From NCBI GenBank assembly GCA_965205025.1, contig CBDBFU010000020.1, positions 128,001-192,000 on the forward strand: a stretch of 64,000 nucleotides of DNA, written 5' to 3'. Within the stretch, counting starts at the first letter, position 1. Each line of letters begins with the position of its first letter. Made by a program: the position numbers and the translations under genes. The notes below the pieces were generated by a model that saw only the letters and a list, made by a program, of their open reading frames with translations, did no database searches and was not told where the DNA came from. Shown piece after piece: positions 9,368 through 19,479 of this stretch. The stretch comes from Candidatus Poribacteria bacterium. Lineage in GTDB: Bacteria > Poribacteria > WGA-4E > WGA-3G.

Positions 9368-11083
9368 ATGAGATTAGATAAAAACCAACAAAATGCTGTC
9401 AATCATTTCAAGGGACCAGCAATTGTTGTTGCTGGTCCTGGAAGTGGAAAAACAACAGTAGTAACCGCAAGAATACTCAATCTCATACAAACTCATAATA
9501 TCCCACCATTCCAAATTCTTGCAATTGCCTTCAATAGAAAAGCAGTTGAAGAAATGGAAACACGGATAATACGGGAACTGCCATCACAGAGCGAATTACC
9601 AGTTATACGTACCCTCCACGCATTCGGTAAAGATATCATCACAGAACACTATCAGAAAGCAGGATTTAAATGCCTACCTGAAATCTGGACAGGTGAAATT
9701 GATCGCATCATTGCAGATGAAGCGAAGCAAATACATCAAGCTGCATCTACATCCCCTGTTTCGATCTATAAAATTGAGAATAAACTTACTGGAAAGTGTT
9801 ATATTGGACAGACAACAAATCTTGAACGGCGTAAACGCGAGCACTTCACAGGATCATCAAATGATAGACTTCGTCAAGCTATAGGTTCAGAAGGTGAGAA
9901 TCAGTTTAGTTTTTCTATATTGGAGGAGGTCTCAGGTAGAGAAGCAAATTTTCGTGAATCACATTGGATTCGACTTCACAAAGAAATTGGGGAAGTATTT
10001 AATCGTGCTGATCCTTTACGACAACAGTATAGCAATCAAATTATGATTGAGATGTTTTGTCAACATTTTGATATACCATATATAGAACATTCTGATAGAA
10101 ATCCAGATTTTGAGAATCTGTCAGAACAATTTCATGAAATAAAAGAAATTGTCATGCGTTCAAAACGACAAGTGGTATCAGGTTTGTTTGATCCAAACAG
10201 TATAGAAAATCCAATTGTCCGAGTATTTGCAAAGAAGTATGAAAGTATGAAATCACAGGCGAATGCAATTGATTTCGAAGATATGGTAATTTATGCTGCA
10301 AACCTATTAGAGACATACCCAGATATCAAAGAGAATTATTATGAAAGGTTTCCATACGTCCTTGTCGATGAATTTCAAGATATTTCTCCAACAGATTTCA
10401 GGCTAATATCAAACCTTTCAGATAATCTTTTTGCTGTGGGTGACGATGATCAAGCAATTTACAGTTTTCGTGGTGGTGATTCCCATATAATGCTGCAATT
10501 CTCTGAACGGAAGGATGTGATGAAATATGAGATCACACGTAACTATCGATGCACATCTACAATTGTTGAGCATGCACGAGCATTGATAGAACGCAATCAC
10601 CCACGGATCCGAAAAAACTTACGTGCCTTTAACTCCATAAAATTTGATATTAAAGGATTAGAAACAACACCTGATACTATAACACATCATCTATTAGATC
10701 AACTTTCAGTGCAAATTGAGACTGCTATCCTTGTAAGAACAAACTATGAAGTAGATAGAATTAAGGATATTATTTCTGAAATCTCTACACCTAATCCAAT
10801 GGAAGTGACAACTATTCATAAAGCAAAAGGAAGAGAATGGGATAGAGTAATTCTCATTCACAATACACTTGACAGGAGATTTCCACGAAAGGATACTATT
10901 CTTGCTGAAGAACGACGTGTCTTTTATGTCGCGATGACACGTGCCAAGGATGAATTGATTGTCCTTGGTGGTACATGTCAATTTGTTCCTGAATACCAGA
11001 ATATATCAAAGAATCTCGGTTATTATGTCCGACAGATATTTTATTGGTGGGATAGAAGGAAGATGAAAAAACTCAATACTTGA
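9368..11083 (+). CDS. UvrD/Rep-like SF1A helicase with inserted GIY-YIG nuclease domain
   Basis: Motifs AGPGSGKT, LVDEFQD, VGDDDQAIYSFRG, NYRCT, TIHKAKGREW, EERRVFYVAMTRAK; aa 131-212 are SIYKI...YIGQT..LERR..EH...RE.HWI...FN. Confidence 0.9.
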   Translation: MRLDKNQQNAVNHFKGPAIVVAGPGSGKTTVVTARILNLIQTHNIPPFQILAIAFNRKAVEEMETRIIRELPSQSELPVIRTLHAFGKDIITEHYQKAGFKCLPEIWTGEIDRIIADEAKQIHQAASTSPVSIYKIENKLTGKCYIGQTTNLERRKREHFTGSSNDRLRQAIGSEGENQFSFSILEEVSGREANFRESHWIRLHKEIGEVFNRADPLRQQYSNQIMIEMFCQHFDIPYIEHSDRNPDFENLSEQFHEIKEIVMRSKRQVVSGLFDPNSIENPIVRVFAKKYESMKSQANAIDFEDMVIYAANLLETYPDIKENYYERFPYVLVDEFQDISPTDFRLISNLSDNLFAVGDDDQAIYSFRGGDSHIMLQFSERKDVMKYEITRNYRCTSTIVEHARALIERNHPRIRKNLRAFNSIKFDIKGLETTPDTITHHLLDQLSVQIETAILVRTNYEVDRIKDIISEISTPNPMEVTTIHKAKGREWDRVILIHNTLDRRFPRKDTILAEERRVFYVAMTRAKDELIVLGGTCQFVPEYQNISKNLGYYVRQIFYWWDRRKMKKLNT

Positions 11084-11142
11084 TATGGATATTATGCTAT
11101 AATCAACACCAGTTTTTTTAATTTGTATCATCAATAATATAA

Positions 11143-12414
11143 ATGCAAGACAACCAAAAACCATCAAACTCAACCCCGCGAAAACAATTTTATCTTTTCC
11201 AGTTCATATTTCTTACATTTGCACATACCATCCTTGATTCCTACGCTACACTATTCCCACACATACAACCGCGTCTCGTAAATAGATTTGCATCAGTTGG
11301 CAAAACTAACAGTTTGGCAGGTATTTTCATTGCACTTTATAGTATATTTAGTTCACTTGGACAAATATTTTTTGGTTGGTTATCAGATAGAATACGAACA
11401 ATTCATTTCCTAACATTCGGTGTAGCTTTTACTGCAATTGGTTTGAGTTTAGTAATATATGCACCATCGGAGTTGATTGTATTCCTATTATTGGCAATTG
11501 GGGGGATAGGTATTGCAGCATTTCATCCACAGGCAACGACCTATGCTGGAGCACTCGCAGCAGAAACGAGAGGAATGGGGATATCCATCTTTCTCACTGG
11601 CGGAAATATAGGACGTGCTTTAGGTCCATTAGCTTTGTTATTTGTTCCTTATAGTTTGGGATTTAATTTCAAGGTTTGGAATGTTATTCCTATAATGGTA
11701 TTCGAGATGGGAATTGGTATACTCGTAGCTATATTTGTTCCAATTGTATTGAAATTTGAACATGAACTTGACTTGACAGCTTCATCACGAGTCCTTTCTC
11801 ACGAGGGAGAATCTGTGAGAGAGTCGTTTTGGACAGTTGCAGGTCCACACCTCTTACCACTTACAGTTCTATTTGTTATAGCGAGTCTACGAACTGTTAC
11901 AGGGGTTGGATTAGAGAACTTCCTTTCTATTTATTTAGATGACCAAGACTATAGCGATCAAGTCAGATCCCTTATTGTTGCATTATATATTTTCGCTGGA
12001 TCAATGGGAATAATGGGGAGTGGTTTTGTTTTAACCCGTGTGAATACACTTACGCTTTTAGGCTTTTCACTTATTGCTGCACCACCACTTCTCTTAGCTG
12101 CACTTCATACTAAAGGTATACCATTTTTGATATTCCTCTTTTTAGGAAATGTTGTCCTTTCAAGCTCAATTACATTGAATATAATTTTGGCACAGATAAT
12201 TTTACGTGGACATGAAAATATTGCATCAAGTTTTATGATGGGGGCATCTTGGGGAGTTGGGGGTCTACTGAATTTGTTGGTAGGTGCAATGGCAGATAAA
12301 ATAGGATTGTGGATTGTACTTAATGGATTAGTATTAGTGCCGTTGGTAGTTTCACCTCTAATGTTATTTCTTAAGAATCAACCAGATCTTTCAAAACCAA
12401 ACTCAGAAGTATAA
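11143..12414 (+). CDS. MFS transporter (Fsr/fosmidomycin-resistance-like)
   Basis: About 12 hydrophobic segments; FGWLSDR and GIGIAAFHP motifs. Confidence 0.85.
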   Translation: MQDNQKPSNSTPRKQFYLFQFIFLTFAHTILDSYATLFPHIQPRLVNRFASVGKTNSLAGIFIALYSIFSSLGQIFFGWLSDRIRTIHFLTFGVAFTAIGLSLVIYAPSELIVFLLLAIGGIGIAAFHPQATTYAGALAAETRGMGISIFLTGGNIGRALGPLALLFVPYSLGFNFKVWNVIPIMVFEMGIGILVAIFVPIVLKFEHELDLTASSRVLSHEGESVRESFWTVAGPHLLPLTVLFVIASLRTVTGVGLENFLSIYLDDQDYSDQVRSLIVALYIFAGSMGIMGSGFVLTRVNTLTLLGFSLIAAPPLLLAALHTKGIPFLIFLFLGNVVLSSSITLNIILAQIILRGHENIASSFMMGASWGVGGLLNLLVGAMADKIGLWIVLNGLVLVPLVVSPLMLFLKNQPDLSKPNSEV

Positions 12415-12442
12415 TTTCCAAATTTCAAACTAAAAACCGCTG

Positions 12443-13525
12443 TCAGATTGTCCACAACACACTTAAAAAATGTGTATTAATTAAATCCCCAACTAAGAGT
12501 GCATAATCAAGGCGAAACTTGTTCAGTTGAATTCCAATTCCGGTTGTTAACCTACTATCTCGTAAACCTATTCGGAGCGACATTGGAGAAGTAATCTCAT
12601 ATTCTATACCCAGATGGGATTGTCCAGCATACCGTTCCTGCCATTGATATGTGAAAATAAGATTACGATCAAAAATTCGCTGTGTAGAAAAGGCAACTCC
12701 TATATTAAAATTTGATGGAATAGATTCTTTGAATGTGGATGTGGTATTCCAAGTTAAGGTAGTTTGAGATATATCCTGGAAGTTCATTCCAATAGCAAGT
12801 GAACCTACATTTTCTAATCCAAAAAGTGCATTGAAATCTGGAAGACGCATTAGAATTCACTGCATCGAACCCAAGACCATTACTTCCCATAATTTGTAAA
12901 AGTTGAAGTAGTTTCATCAAGGTCTCCATGCCCACTGAAACTTTGGAAAATCCCTTTTACATTTACCCCAAATAGGAACTCAGGTGGGATAGAATCTTTT
13001 CCAAAGTTATCCCACCAAGATTGACTAAGAGCCACTTTTGTTGCCACTGTTAGAACAAATGCATTCTCACTGTCATTTAGGTAACCTGAAGGTGTAAAAT
13101 CTGAATCACGTGGTCTGAATTTAGCATTGTTCTTTCGTTGGTCGGCACTAATACTGGGGTCAAATGCCTGGTACTTCATAGTAAATTGGAATATCATCTA
13201 TTCCTGCACGGATCCATGAGATACCTAAACTCAAACTTGGGAAGACCTTGCCTATACCACTCACATAATTAAAAGCCCCTAAACCTGAACGTCTTGCTGC
13301 GTGCATCATACAGACCTGATAATTATTCTGTACACCCGCAATTCCAGCGGGATTCCAATAGGTTGCGGTGGCATCGTCTGCTACACCAACATACGCCCCA
13401 CCTAAACCGAGAGAACGTGCCCCGATGCCATTGGTCAAAAAATCTCCAGTGTAATTCTCTCCATAAGCTGCTATGGTGATAAGTAATATACATGTAATGA
13501 TGGTTGTCTGAGTGAGTTTAAGCAA
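12443..13525 (-). pseudogene. PorV/PorQ (UPF0164)-like outer-membrane beta-barrel gene, split by three +1 frameshifts
   Basis: Signal peptide then GIGARSLGLGGAYVGVADDATATYWNPAG; C-terminal GIEY..LRIG...FRLDYA; removing single bases near 13168, 12887 and 12859 joins the four ORF fragments. Confidence 0.75.
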
Positions 13526-13593
13526 TTATGTTAATTCCTTCTTTATAGTTTTTGGTATTACAATTGGAGGTTGCTTATATGTAGCATTATCAA

Positions 13594-14457
13594 TTACACA
13601 CGGTTTAGATTAAAATCGTTCCAATAATACTGATATTCTTTTGAATTCCACCCATTGTATATCTGATCCCATGAGATACGATTGAAGTGTGGTAAAAGTG
13701 AACCTTCTGTGACGGGTTGAGAACATCCTTGATATCGATAATCTACAGAAAGCCTTATACGATCTGAGGATTGATTTGGTAGTGCTTTATGAACAGCATG
13801 ACTATGGAAGAATAAAGCATCTCCGATTTCATAATCACCAACAACCCAGTAGAGTCCATCATCTTCTAAAGGAGTAGTGTCAATACCGACTCCTCCTGCC
13901 CCTAATGCCGGTTTAACAGGATATATCCCAGATTGATGTGAACCTGATAATACGGATAATCCTCCCAAATGCTGTGGACAAGCCCCCAAAGGTATCCATG
14001 CCGTATATGTTTCTTCTGTTCCGCGAATGTGAATAAAATCTTGATGTGCTGGAGTTGTGTATTTAGTGTTTTCAGGGAACATAATTCTCCCTATATTCCG
14101 TGGATGGACTAATGTCTTTTCACCAAATAATTTGTCACACATATCAATTATAGATGGATGATGAGCAAACGCGTGAAATGATTCGAGACACTGAAATTCG
14201 TCTAATACGGGCCAATATCCCTCATCCCCTTCCATAAACGGACCTCCCGTCCGAATTCCATCCATGAGGGAATCCCCACCTTCTGCCCAACCATGTCTGT
14301 GACAGATCTCTAAGAAATCTCTACGTAGATGGTTTATTGATTCTTGATCAATTAAGTTGCGAAAATATAGGTATCCATCTTCATGTGCCCTTCTACGGAG
14401 TTCTTCAGGTGTATCCAGTAGATCATTTGAAACTGTAAAAGGTTCAATTCTTGACAT
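13594..14457 (-). CDS. Phytanoyl-CoA dioxygenase (PhyH) family 2OG-Fe(II) oxygenase
   Basis: TPAHQD (HxD), WIPLG, HSHAVH and RLSVDYRY motifs. Confidence 0.88.
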   Translation of the reverse strand: MSRIEPFTVSNDLLDTPEELRRRAHEDGYLYFRNLIDQESINHLRRDFLEICHRHGWAEGGDSLMDGIRTGGPFMEGDEGYWPVLDEFQCLESFHAFAHHPSIIDMCDKLFGEKTLVHPRNIGRIMFPENTKYTTPAHQDFIHIRGTEETYTAWIPLGACPQHLGGLSVLSGSHQSGIYPVKPALGAGGVGIDTTPLEDDGLYWVVGDYEIGDALFFHSHAVHKALPNQSSDRIRLSVDYRYQGCSQPVTEGSLLPHFNRISWDQIYNGWNSKEYQYYWNDFNLNRV

Positions 14458-14519
14458 AATACATTCCTCAAGAGAATAATCAGTAAATCTAACTTAATAT
14501 TGGTCTTATATAGTTATTA

Positions 14520-14665
14520 TAACGTGGGTTTGATAAGACACATTGTACCCCGAACTTTTAGTTAACAACAGAGGGCACAAACTGGAAAGTTTGTGCTACA
14601 AATACTATCTTCAGGACAAAATTCTGTTTATCGAACTGACATTTTTTATTATCAAACTGACGTTA
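14520..14665. mobile_element. MITE family C with a central CACAAACT/AGTTTGTGCTAC hairpin
   Basis: TIRs TAACGTGGGTTTGATAA / TTATCAAACTGACGTTA, flanked by TTA on both sides; second copy at ~23823-24081. Confidence 0.75.
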
Positions 14666-14888
14666 TTATACCAACATAAATGTGAGGGTGTCAAATGATA
14701 TAGAATTGGAATAAGTACACCCTAAAATCATCCGTTTACCTATATGTTGAGATTAATTATATTTTTCTTCATTTTATTTTCTATTATGGTATTATTAGTT
14801 GAGTTAAGTGGATATAACCGTAGTATTACTTACGTATTAATTGTGAATATGCTACAATTCCTACAAACCTGATGTATAGAGGTTTCCT

Positions 14889-16070
14889 ATGCTTACTGTT
14901 AAACATATAGAGACAATTGCTTTAAATATCCCTTTCTATTGTGATAGAGTCAGTCGTCATATGCAACGCGCTGCAACCCATGGTGAACGTGTCCATGTGT
15001 TCCGCACAGAACTTAGTAATGGGGTTATAGGTTATGGAGAAAACCTATCTGATGAGTCTGGTAGTTTTGAAGGTGTAATCGGACAGAATCCTTTTGCTTG
15101 TATGAACAATGATGGTATCGGATTTGGTATCCAGATGTCTATCTATGATGCGGTTGGAAAGACTGTAGGAGTTTCAGTTTCCAATTTAATCGGTCCAAAA
15201 GTTCGTGATAGGTGTCCAATCTCATGGTGGGATATTGATATGCCACCAGAGGATTGGGTTGCTGAGGTAGAAGAATCGGTGAAAAGAGGGTACACATCTG
15301 CGAAGTTAAAGGCAAGACCTTGGCGTGATATTTTCGCACAAGTGGATGCTGTAGGTAATGCTGTACCAGAAAACTACCGTCTGGATATAGATTTCAATGG
15401 ATTCTTGTTGAATGCAGATAATGCAATACCAGTGCTCCAACAGTTAGATCAGCACCCTAATGTAGCTATCTATGAAAGTCCATTCTATCTTGGTACAGAT
15501 ATAGAAGGGGCAGGCAGACTGCAAGAAGCAGTAGAAAAACGGATTGTAGAACACTACAATGAATCTTGTTTACATGCACGTTGTTGTGGGGGTTTTGTCG
15601 TTGGTGGTAGCGTGAATTCTCTCCTACGAACAAATGCTTTATGTTCTTCCTTTGGACAACCGTTCTGGTTACAAATGGTTGGAACTGGTATAACGACAGC
15701 ATATAGTGTCCACCTTGGAGCAGTACTTTCCCAGGCAGAACTTCCTGCGATTACTTGCCATGAACTATGGGAATCAGATCTACTTGAAGAACGGCTTGAT
15801 GTTGTTGACGGAACAATTGCTGTGTCAGAATCACCAGGACTGGGAATCACAGTGGATGAGGCAGCATTATCAGAGTATCAAGTTGATCCATCTGAACCCA
15901 CACCGCAACAGTTGTTTCAAGGTAGTGATTATACCTGCAGAGTCCATATTCCAAACGATGATGGTGGTGAGACAGTGCATGATTTTAATAATGAAGGGGA
16001 ATACTATCCTGCATTTAGTGATGGTAAATATCCTGGATTCGTACCGGGTGTCTGGATGGAAGTCATATAA
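14889..16070 (+). CDS. Mandelate racemase/muconate-lactonizing enzyme (enolase superfamily) protein
   Basis: GVIGYGE, KLK, LDIDFNG, YESP and PGLGITVDE motifs. Confidence 0.82.
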   Translation: MLTVKHIETIALNIPFYCDRVSRHMQRAATHGERVHVFRTELSNGVIGYGENLSDESGSFEGVIGQNPFACMNNDGIGFGIQMSIYDAVGKTVGVSVSNLIGPKVRDRCPISWWDIDMPPEDWVAEVEESVKRGYTSAKLKARPWRDIFAQVDAVGNAVPENYRLDIDFNGFLLNADNAIPVLQQLDQHPNVAIYESPFYLGTDIEGAGRLQEAVEKRIVEHYNESCLHARCCGGFVVGGSVNSLLRTNALCSSFGQPFWLQMVGTGITTAYSVHLGAVLSQAELPAITCHELWESDLLEERLDVVDGTIAVSESPGLGITVDEAALSEYQVDPSEPTPQQLFQGSDYTCRVHIPNDDGGETVHDFNNEGEYYPAFSDGKYPGFVPGVWMEVI

Positions 16071-16127
16071 GACTATACTTTGGTAAATTCAGAGTGATTA
16101 TAATTTTACTATCTATACCTTTTCTGA

Positions 16128-16248
16128 CAGGACTTACGCAACTTAAGCAGAAAAAGGTAAAATTTGACTTAAAAGCCGTGATTTCAGTATTTTAACCCCC
16201 TAAATCCCCCTTATCAGGGGGACTTTAAGATGAAATTCGTAAGTCCTG
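16128..16248. mobile_element. MITE family G, copy 1 (121 bp)
   Basis: TIR CAGGACTTACG/CGTAAGTCCTG; perfect 5-bp TSD TCTGA; internal CCCCCTAAATCCCCCTTATCAGGGGGACT hairpin. Confidence 0.85.
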
Positions 16249-16262
16249 TCTGAGTAATACAC

Positions 16263-16961
16263 TTGAAGAAAGAATTATCCCAAAGACTAAAGGACTACCC
16301 AACAGTTAAGAAAAATATCTCTCTTAAAAACAGAGATATTATGTTAACGATTATCAATCATCCTGATAATTTATTGGAGATATTTAGTCGGGAAGACAGT
16401 GATGGTATACTCTACTTACCCTATTGGACATACTTGTGGGATTCTGCGATTACTTTAGCACATCATATTTCAGAATTAGGAGAGCTGAAGCATAAGAGTA
16501 TACTTGAGATTGGCTGCGGATTTGGACTCGTAGGAATAGTTGCCAATTTATATGGTGCAGATGTGATATTTACAGATTTTGAACTTGAAGCACTATACTT
16601 TGCATGTGAAAATGCACAACAGAATGGAATTGAATCTCCAAAATTAGTTCAAATGGACTGGAACACACCATGTCTAAATACTAAATTCGATTTTATTCTT
16701 GCTTCGGATGTGATATATGATGAACTGAACTGGAAACCAATTATAGGATTGTTACAAGATTTACTCAAGTCAAATGGTATTGCACTTTTTTCTGAACCTA
16801 GTCGAGACAATGCAAGTGGATTTTTACGTTTAATCGAAGAAAATGGATTAAGTTATGAAAAATCCACTTGCGCAATCCAACCTACTGATAATAGTATTCT
16901 AATCAACATATACACAATATATAATGAGCAGGACTTACGCAACTTAAGTAGAAATAGGTAA
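16263..16961 (+). CDS. SAM-dependent methyltransferase (METTL21/Methyltransf_16-like, putative protein-lysine MTase)
   Basis: LPYWTYLWDSA, ILEIGCGFG, FTD, MDW and ILASDVIY motifs. Confidence 0.85.
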   Translation: MKKELSQRLKDYPTVKKNISLKNRDIMLTIINHPDNLLEIFSREDSDGILYLPYWTYLWDSAITLAHHISELGELKHKSILEIGCGFGLVGIVANLYGADVIFTDFELEALYFACENAQQNGIESPKLVQMDWNTPCLNTKFDFILASDVIYDELNWKPIIGLLQDLLKSNGIALFSEPSRDNASGFLRLIEENGLSYEKSTCAIQPTDNSILINIYTIYNEQDLRNLSRNR

Positions 16962-17050
16962 AATTTGACTTAAAAAGCCGTCATTTCATTGTTTTAACCC
17001 CCTAAATCCCCCTTATCAGGGGGACTTTAAGATGAAATGCGTAAGTCCTG
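16929..17050. mobile_element. MITE family G, copy 2 (122 bp)
   Basis: Near-identical to 16128-16248; flanks ATGAG/ATAAG (4 of 5 match); supplies the last codons and stop of the methyltransferase. Confidence 0.85.
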
Positions 17051-17078
17051 ATAAGTATAGTTGATACAGGTTTGATAA

Positions 17079-19250
17079 TTAATCTTTTTTAGGTGAATGG
17101 ATTTCATAGCATGTTTTCTTATAGCATAATATTACATGCTTTCCAATCGCTAAGTATTTAGATAATTCGGGTTCATTCTTCAGTAGTTTGAAATATGCAT
17201 CACTTCCAAACTCTATCCTGGTAGTCTTTGTTTCTGGTTTATGGACACTATCCACCCAAACATCCTTCTTTAGATGGAATGTTTTATCTTTTACGACTCT
17301 TATCACTTCAGATGTCTCGGCTAATTGTTCCTGGATCTTAATATCTTGTAATTCCACACTATCTTTAATTGCACTAAAACTGGGAACAACAGCTGATGAT
17401 TCCGCCAGTCTTGCAGATTTAGTAGTTGATGCAGGTATGCCAGTTGATCTACTAAACTGTCGAGCTTCATTAATTCTACCTCTTTGAAGATGGGTAAATA
17501 CAGGATCATCTTTCATATCTTCAGTAACTAAGAATGACGTATATGGTGTAACAATACCATATTTCTTACTAAGTCTCGTAATCTCATCTATGAGTTCTTT
17601 ATTCTCTCCATTCAATCTAACTTCGTCCACCAAATATGCCACCTTGCGTTGAGCCCATAACTTAGGTAAAAATTGATGCTCTGATTCTTTCTTAGGAAAT
17701 TTAACGTTATTTGAAAATTCATGCTTCTTTCCTTCAATATCACCATGTAGAACAAGCTTAGACTTACCTATTCCTGTATACCGTCCAAGGACTGTTATTT
17801 GTGATCCGCGAAATAGATGTGGCAATTTCTGTGGATATTGGTCTTTGATTCTGATGTTTTCAATATCCAATTCTAAGTTGACTAAAACAGGTTCACTTAC
17901 CTTTGTGAAGAACGTAGATACAGCAACTTCTAAATCCTCTTTTGGTTTTACATATTGTCGGGTTCCACTATTTTCTTCAGCCATCTTATCCAGTAAATTG
18001 ACGTTCACATCGTATCCCACGCCGAATACAAAGATTCTGGATTCATTCTTATTCATCTTGGCAATATTCTTAAGTATGAGTTCAGTATCTGTCGTACCAA
18101 CAGTTGCTTCACCATCAGTTAGGAACACAACTATACGTGGTCGTGTGGGATCAGGTTTTTCTGATAGCGAAGTTAAAAGTGCATCATTGATATTCGTTCC
18201 ACCGTTCCCTTCAATGTCCTCAATGAAAGCAATTGCATTTTCTCGTTCCTTTTTAATTGGTACCAATTCTTTTGAAAACGATTCTATATTTGTATTGAAT
18301 AAGATTAAATTGAACCGGTCCCCATCATTCAGATTGTTAACACAAAAACGAAGTGCCTTTTTGGCTTGTTCTATTTTCCTACCTTTCATACTACCGGAAC
18401 GGTCAAGTATAAAAATGAAATCCTTTTCAATTATATCCTTTTTATCAACCTTATATTTGGGTGAAATAAGCAGCATGAAGAAACCCGCTTCGTCAAGATC
18501 ATCCCGATGTGTAATAAGGTCTATACCAAATTCTTTGTCTGAAAGGGAATAGTAACAAGTGAAATCTCGTCTTGCATGAACGTCTGATCCTTCATAACTG
18601 AGGTTCGCACTATGGTTATCCTTTCTGTTGATTGCAATTTCATGGGAAGGAGAATAAATACTCTTGAGTTCATGTTTACTCTTAATATCAATTGATAGCG
18701 CAAGGCTTCCAACAGGATTGTGAGTAAATTTATCCGTTCGTAAGGGGTAAGTATATTTTGCCAGATTTGAATCTACTTTTACAACTTGTGAATATTCCAT
18801 TTGTATGCGTCGTTCCCCGTGAGCAGGGATTGGGAATACCCGTGCCTTAAATGCACGTGTTCCGATATATTCAAGTAATGCTGGATCTTGCATTGAACGC
18901 ACAATACCTTCATAGGTCGCCCGTGCTTTATCTTTTGCGAGTAATTCACCTTTTACAGGTTGTCCATCAATATATAAAACAAAATCTGAGATTGCAACAT
19001 CATCCTGTAGTGGGAAAATATATGTCCCTTCCAACACACGGTTGTTGGGATTGGCAAAGATTTGATCAATTTTTGTTGTGGCAAGTTGGTTTTCTATGGA
19101 GACGTTAATATGATGTCTTTCAATTCTTAGGTTTTCGATACTGGGTCTCTGTCTTGAATGGGTCAGAAAAATTCCTTGTGTATATCCTGAGTTTACAACA
19201 CCAGTGAAAAGTATAATTAATAATATTGTTAGAGAATATTGTCTTTTCAT
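17079..19250 (-). CDS. Secreted VIT + VWA domain protein (inter-alpha-trypsin-inhibitor-like)
   Basis: Signal peptide; VIT domain (FANP...EGTYIFPL); MIDAS DRSGSM; FLTDG; FGVGYDVN; IVTPYTSFLV. Confidence 0.88.
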   Translation of the reverse strand: MKRQYSLTILLIILFTGVVNSGYTQGIFLTHSRQRPSIENLRIERHHINVSIENQLATTKIDQIFANPNNRVLEGTYIFPLQDDVAISDFVLYIDGQPVKGELLAKDKARATYEGIVRSMQDPALLEYIGTRAFKARVFPIPAHGERRIQMEYSQVVKVDSNLAKYTYPLRTDKFTHNPVGSLALSIDIKSKHELKSIYSPSHEIAINRKDNHSANLSYEGSDVHARRDFTCYYSLSDKEFGIDLITHRDDLDEAGFFMLLISPKYKVDKKDIIEKDFIFILDRSGSMKGRKIEQAKKALRFCVNNLNDGDRFNLILFNTNIESFSKELVPIKKERENAIAFIEDIEGNGGTNINDALLTSLSEKPDPTRPRIVVFLTDGEATVGTTDTELILKNIAKMNKNESRIFVFGVGYDVNVNLLDKMAEENSGTRQYVKPKEDLEVAVSTFFTKVSEPVLVNLELDIENIRIKDQYPQKLPHLFRGSQITVLGRYTGIGKSKLVLHGDIEGKKHEFSNNVKFPKKESEHQFLPKLWAQRKVAYLVDEVRLNGENKELIDEITRLSKKYGIVTPYTSFLVTEDMKDDPVFTHLQRGRINEARQFSRSTGIPASTTKSARLAESSAVVPSFSAIKDSVELQDIKIQEQLAETSEVIRVVKDKTFHLKKDVWVDSVHKPETKTTRIEFGSDAYFKLLKNEPELSKYLAIGKHVILCYKKTCYEIHSPKKD

Positions 19251-19438
19251 TGTAAATCTCCTTTATGTCTCCCTTACTGCTAAAAGAATGGATAAACGTA
19301 AGATACAGGTTGTGCAATTAGTAGAAATATTATGCATATTATTATATCAAGATGAATGTACCTGAAGTAACCTAATTGTATATACACCAATCTTTGTTTA
19401 GAGTTCAATCTTTTTTTAATAGAATGCTATTATCTAAA

Positions 19439-19469
19439 CAGAGTGGTTTGACAGACTCAAACCACTCTG
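19439..19469 (-). terminator. Possible intrinsic terminator or hairpin downstream of the YfbK-like gene
   Basis: Perfect 13-bp stem CAGAGTGGTTTGA/TCAAACCACTCTG; only a short T run follows. Confidence 0.45.
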
Positions 19470-19479
19470 CAAGATCTTA

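Noticed and set aside
9758-10003. GIY-YIG insert as an intein or group I intron homing endonuclease
   Set aside because: Only ~80 aa, in frame, no intein splice-junction motifs, no DNA-binding tail and no room for intron structure
16128-17050. Composite transposon that delivered the methyltransferase
   Set aside because: Each MITE has its own TSD, and the outer flanks (TCTGA vs ATAAG) do not match
17845-18552. 235-aa plus-strand ORF and similar antisense ORFs (e.g. 48011-48544, 57536-57961)
   Set aside because: Shadows on the opposite strand of well-supported genes, with no motifs
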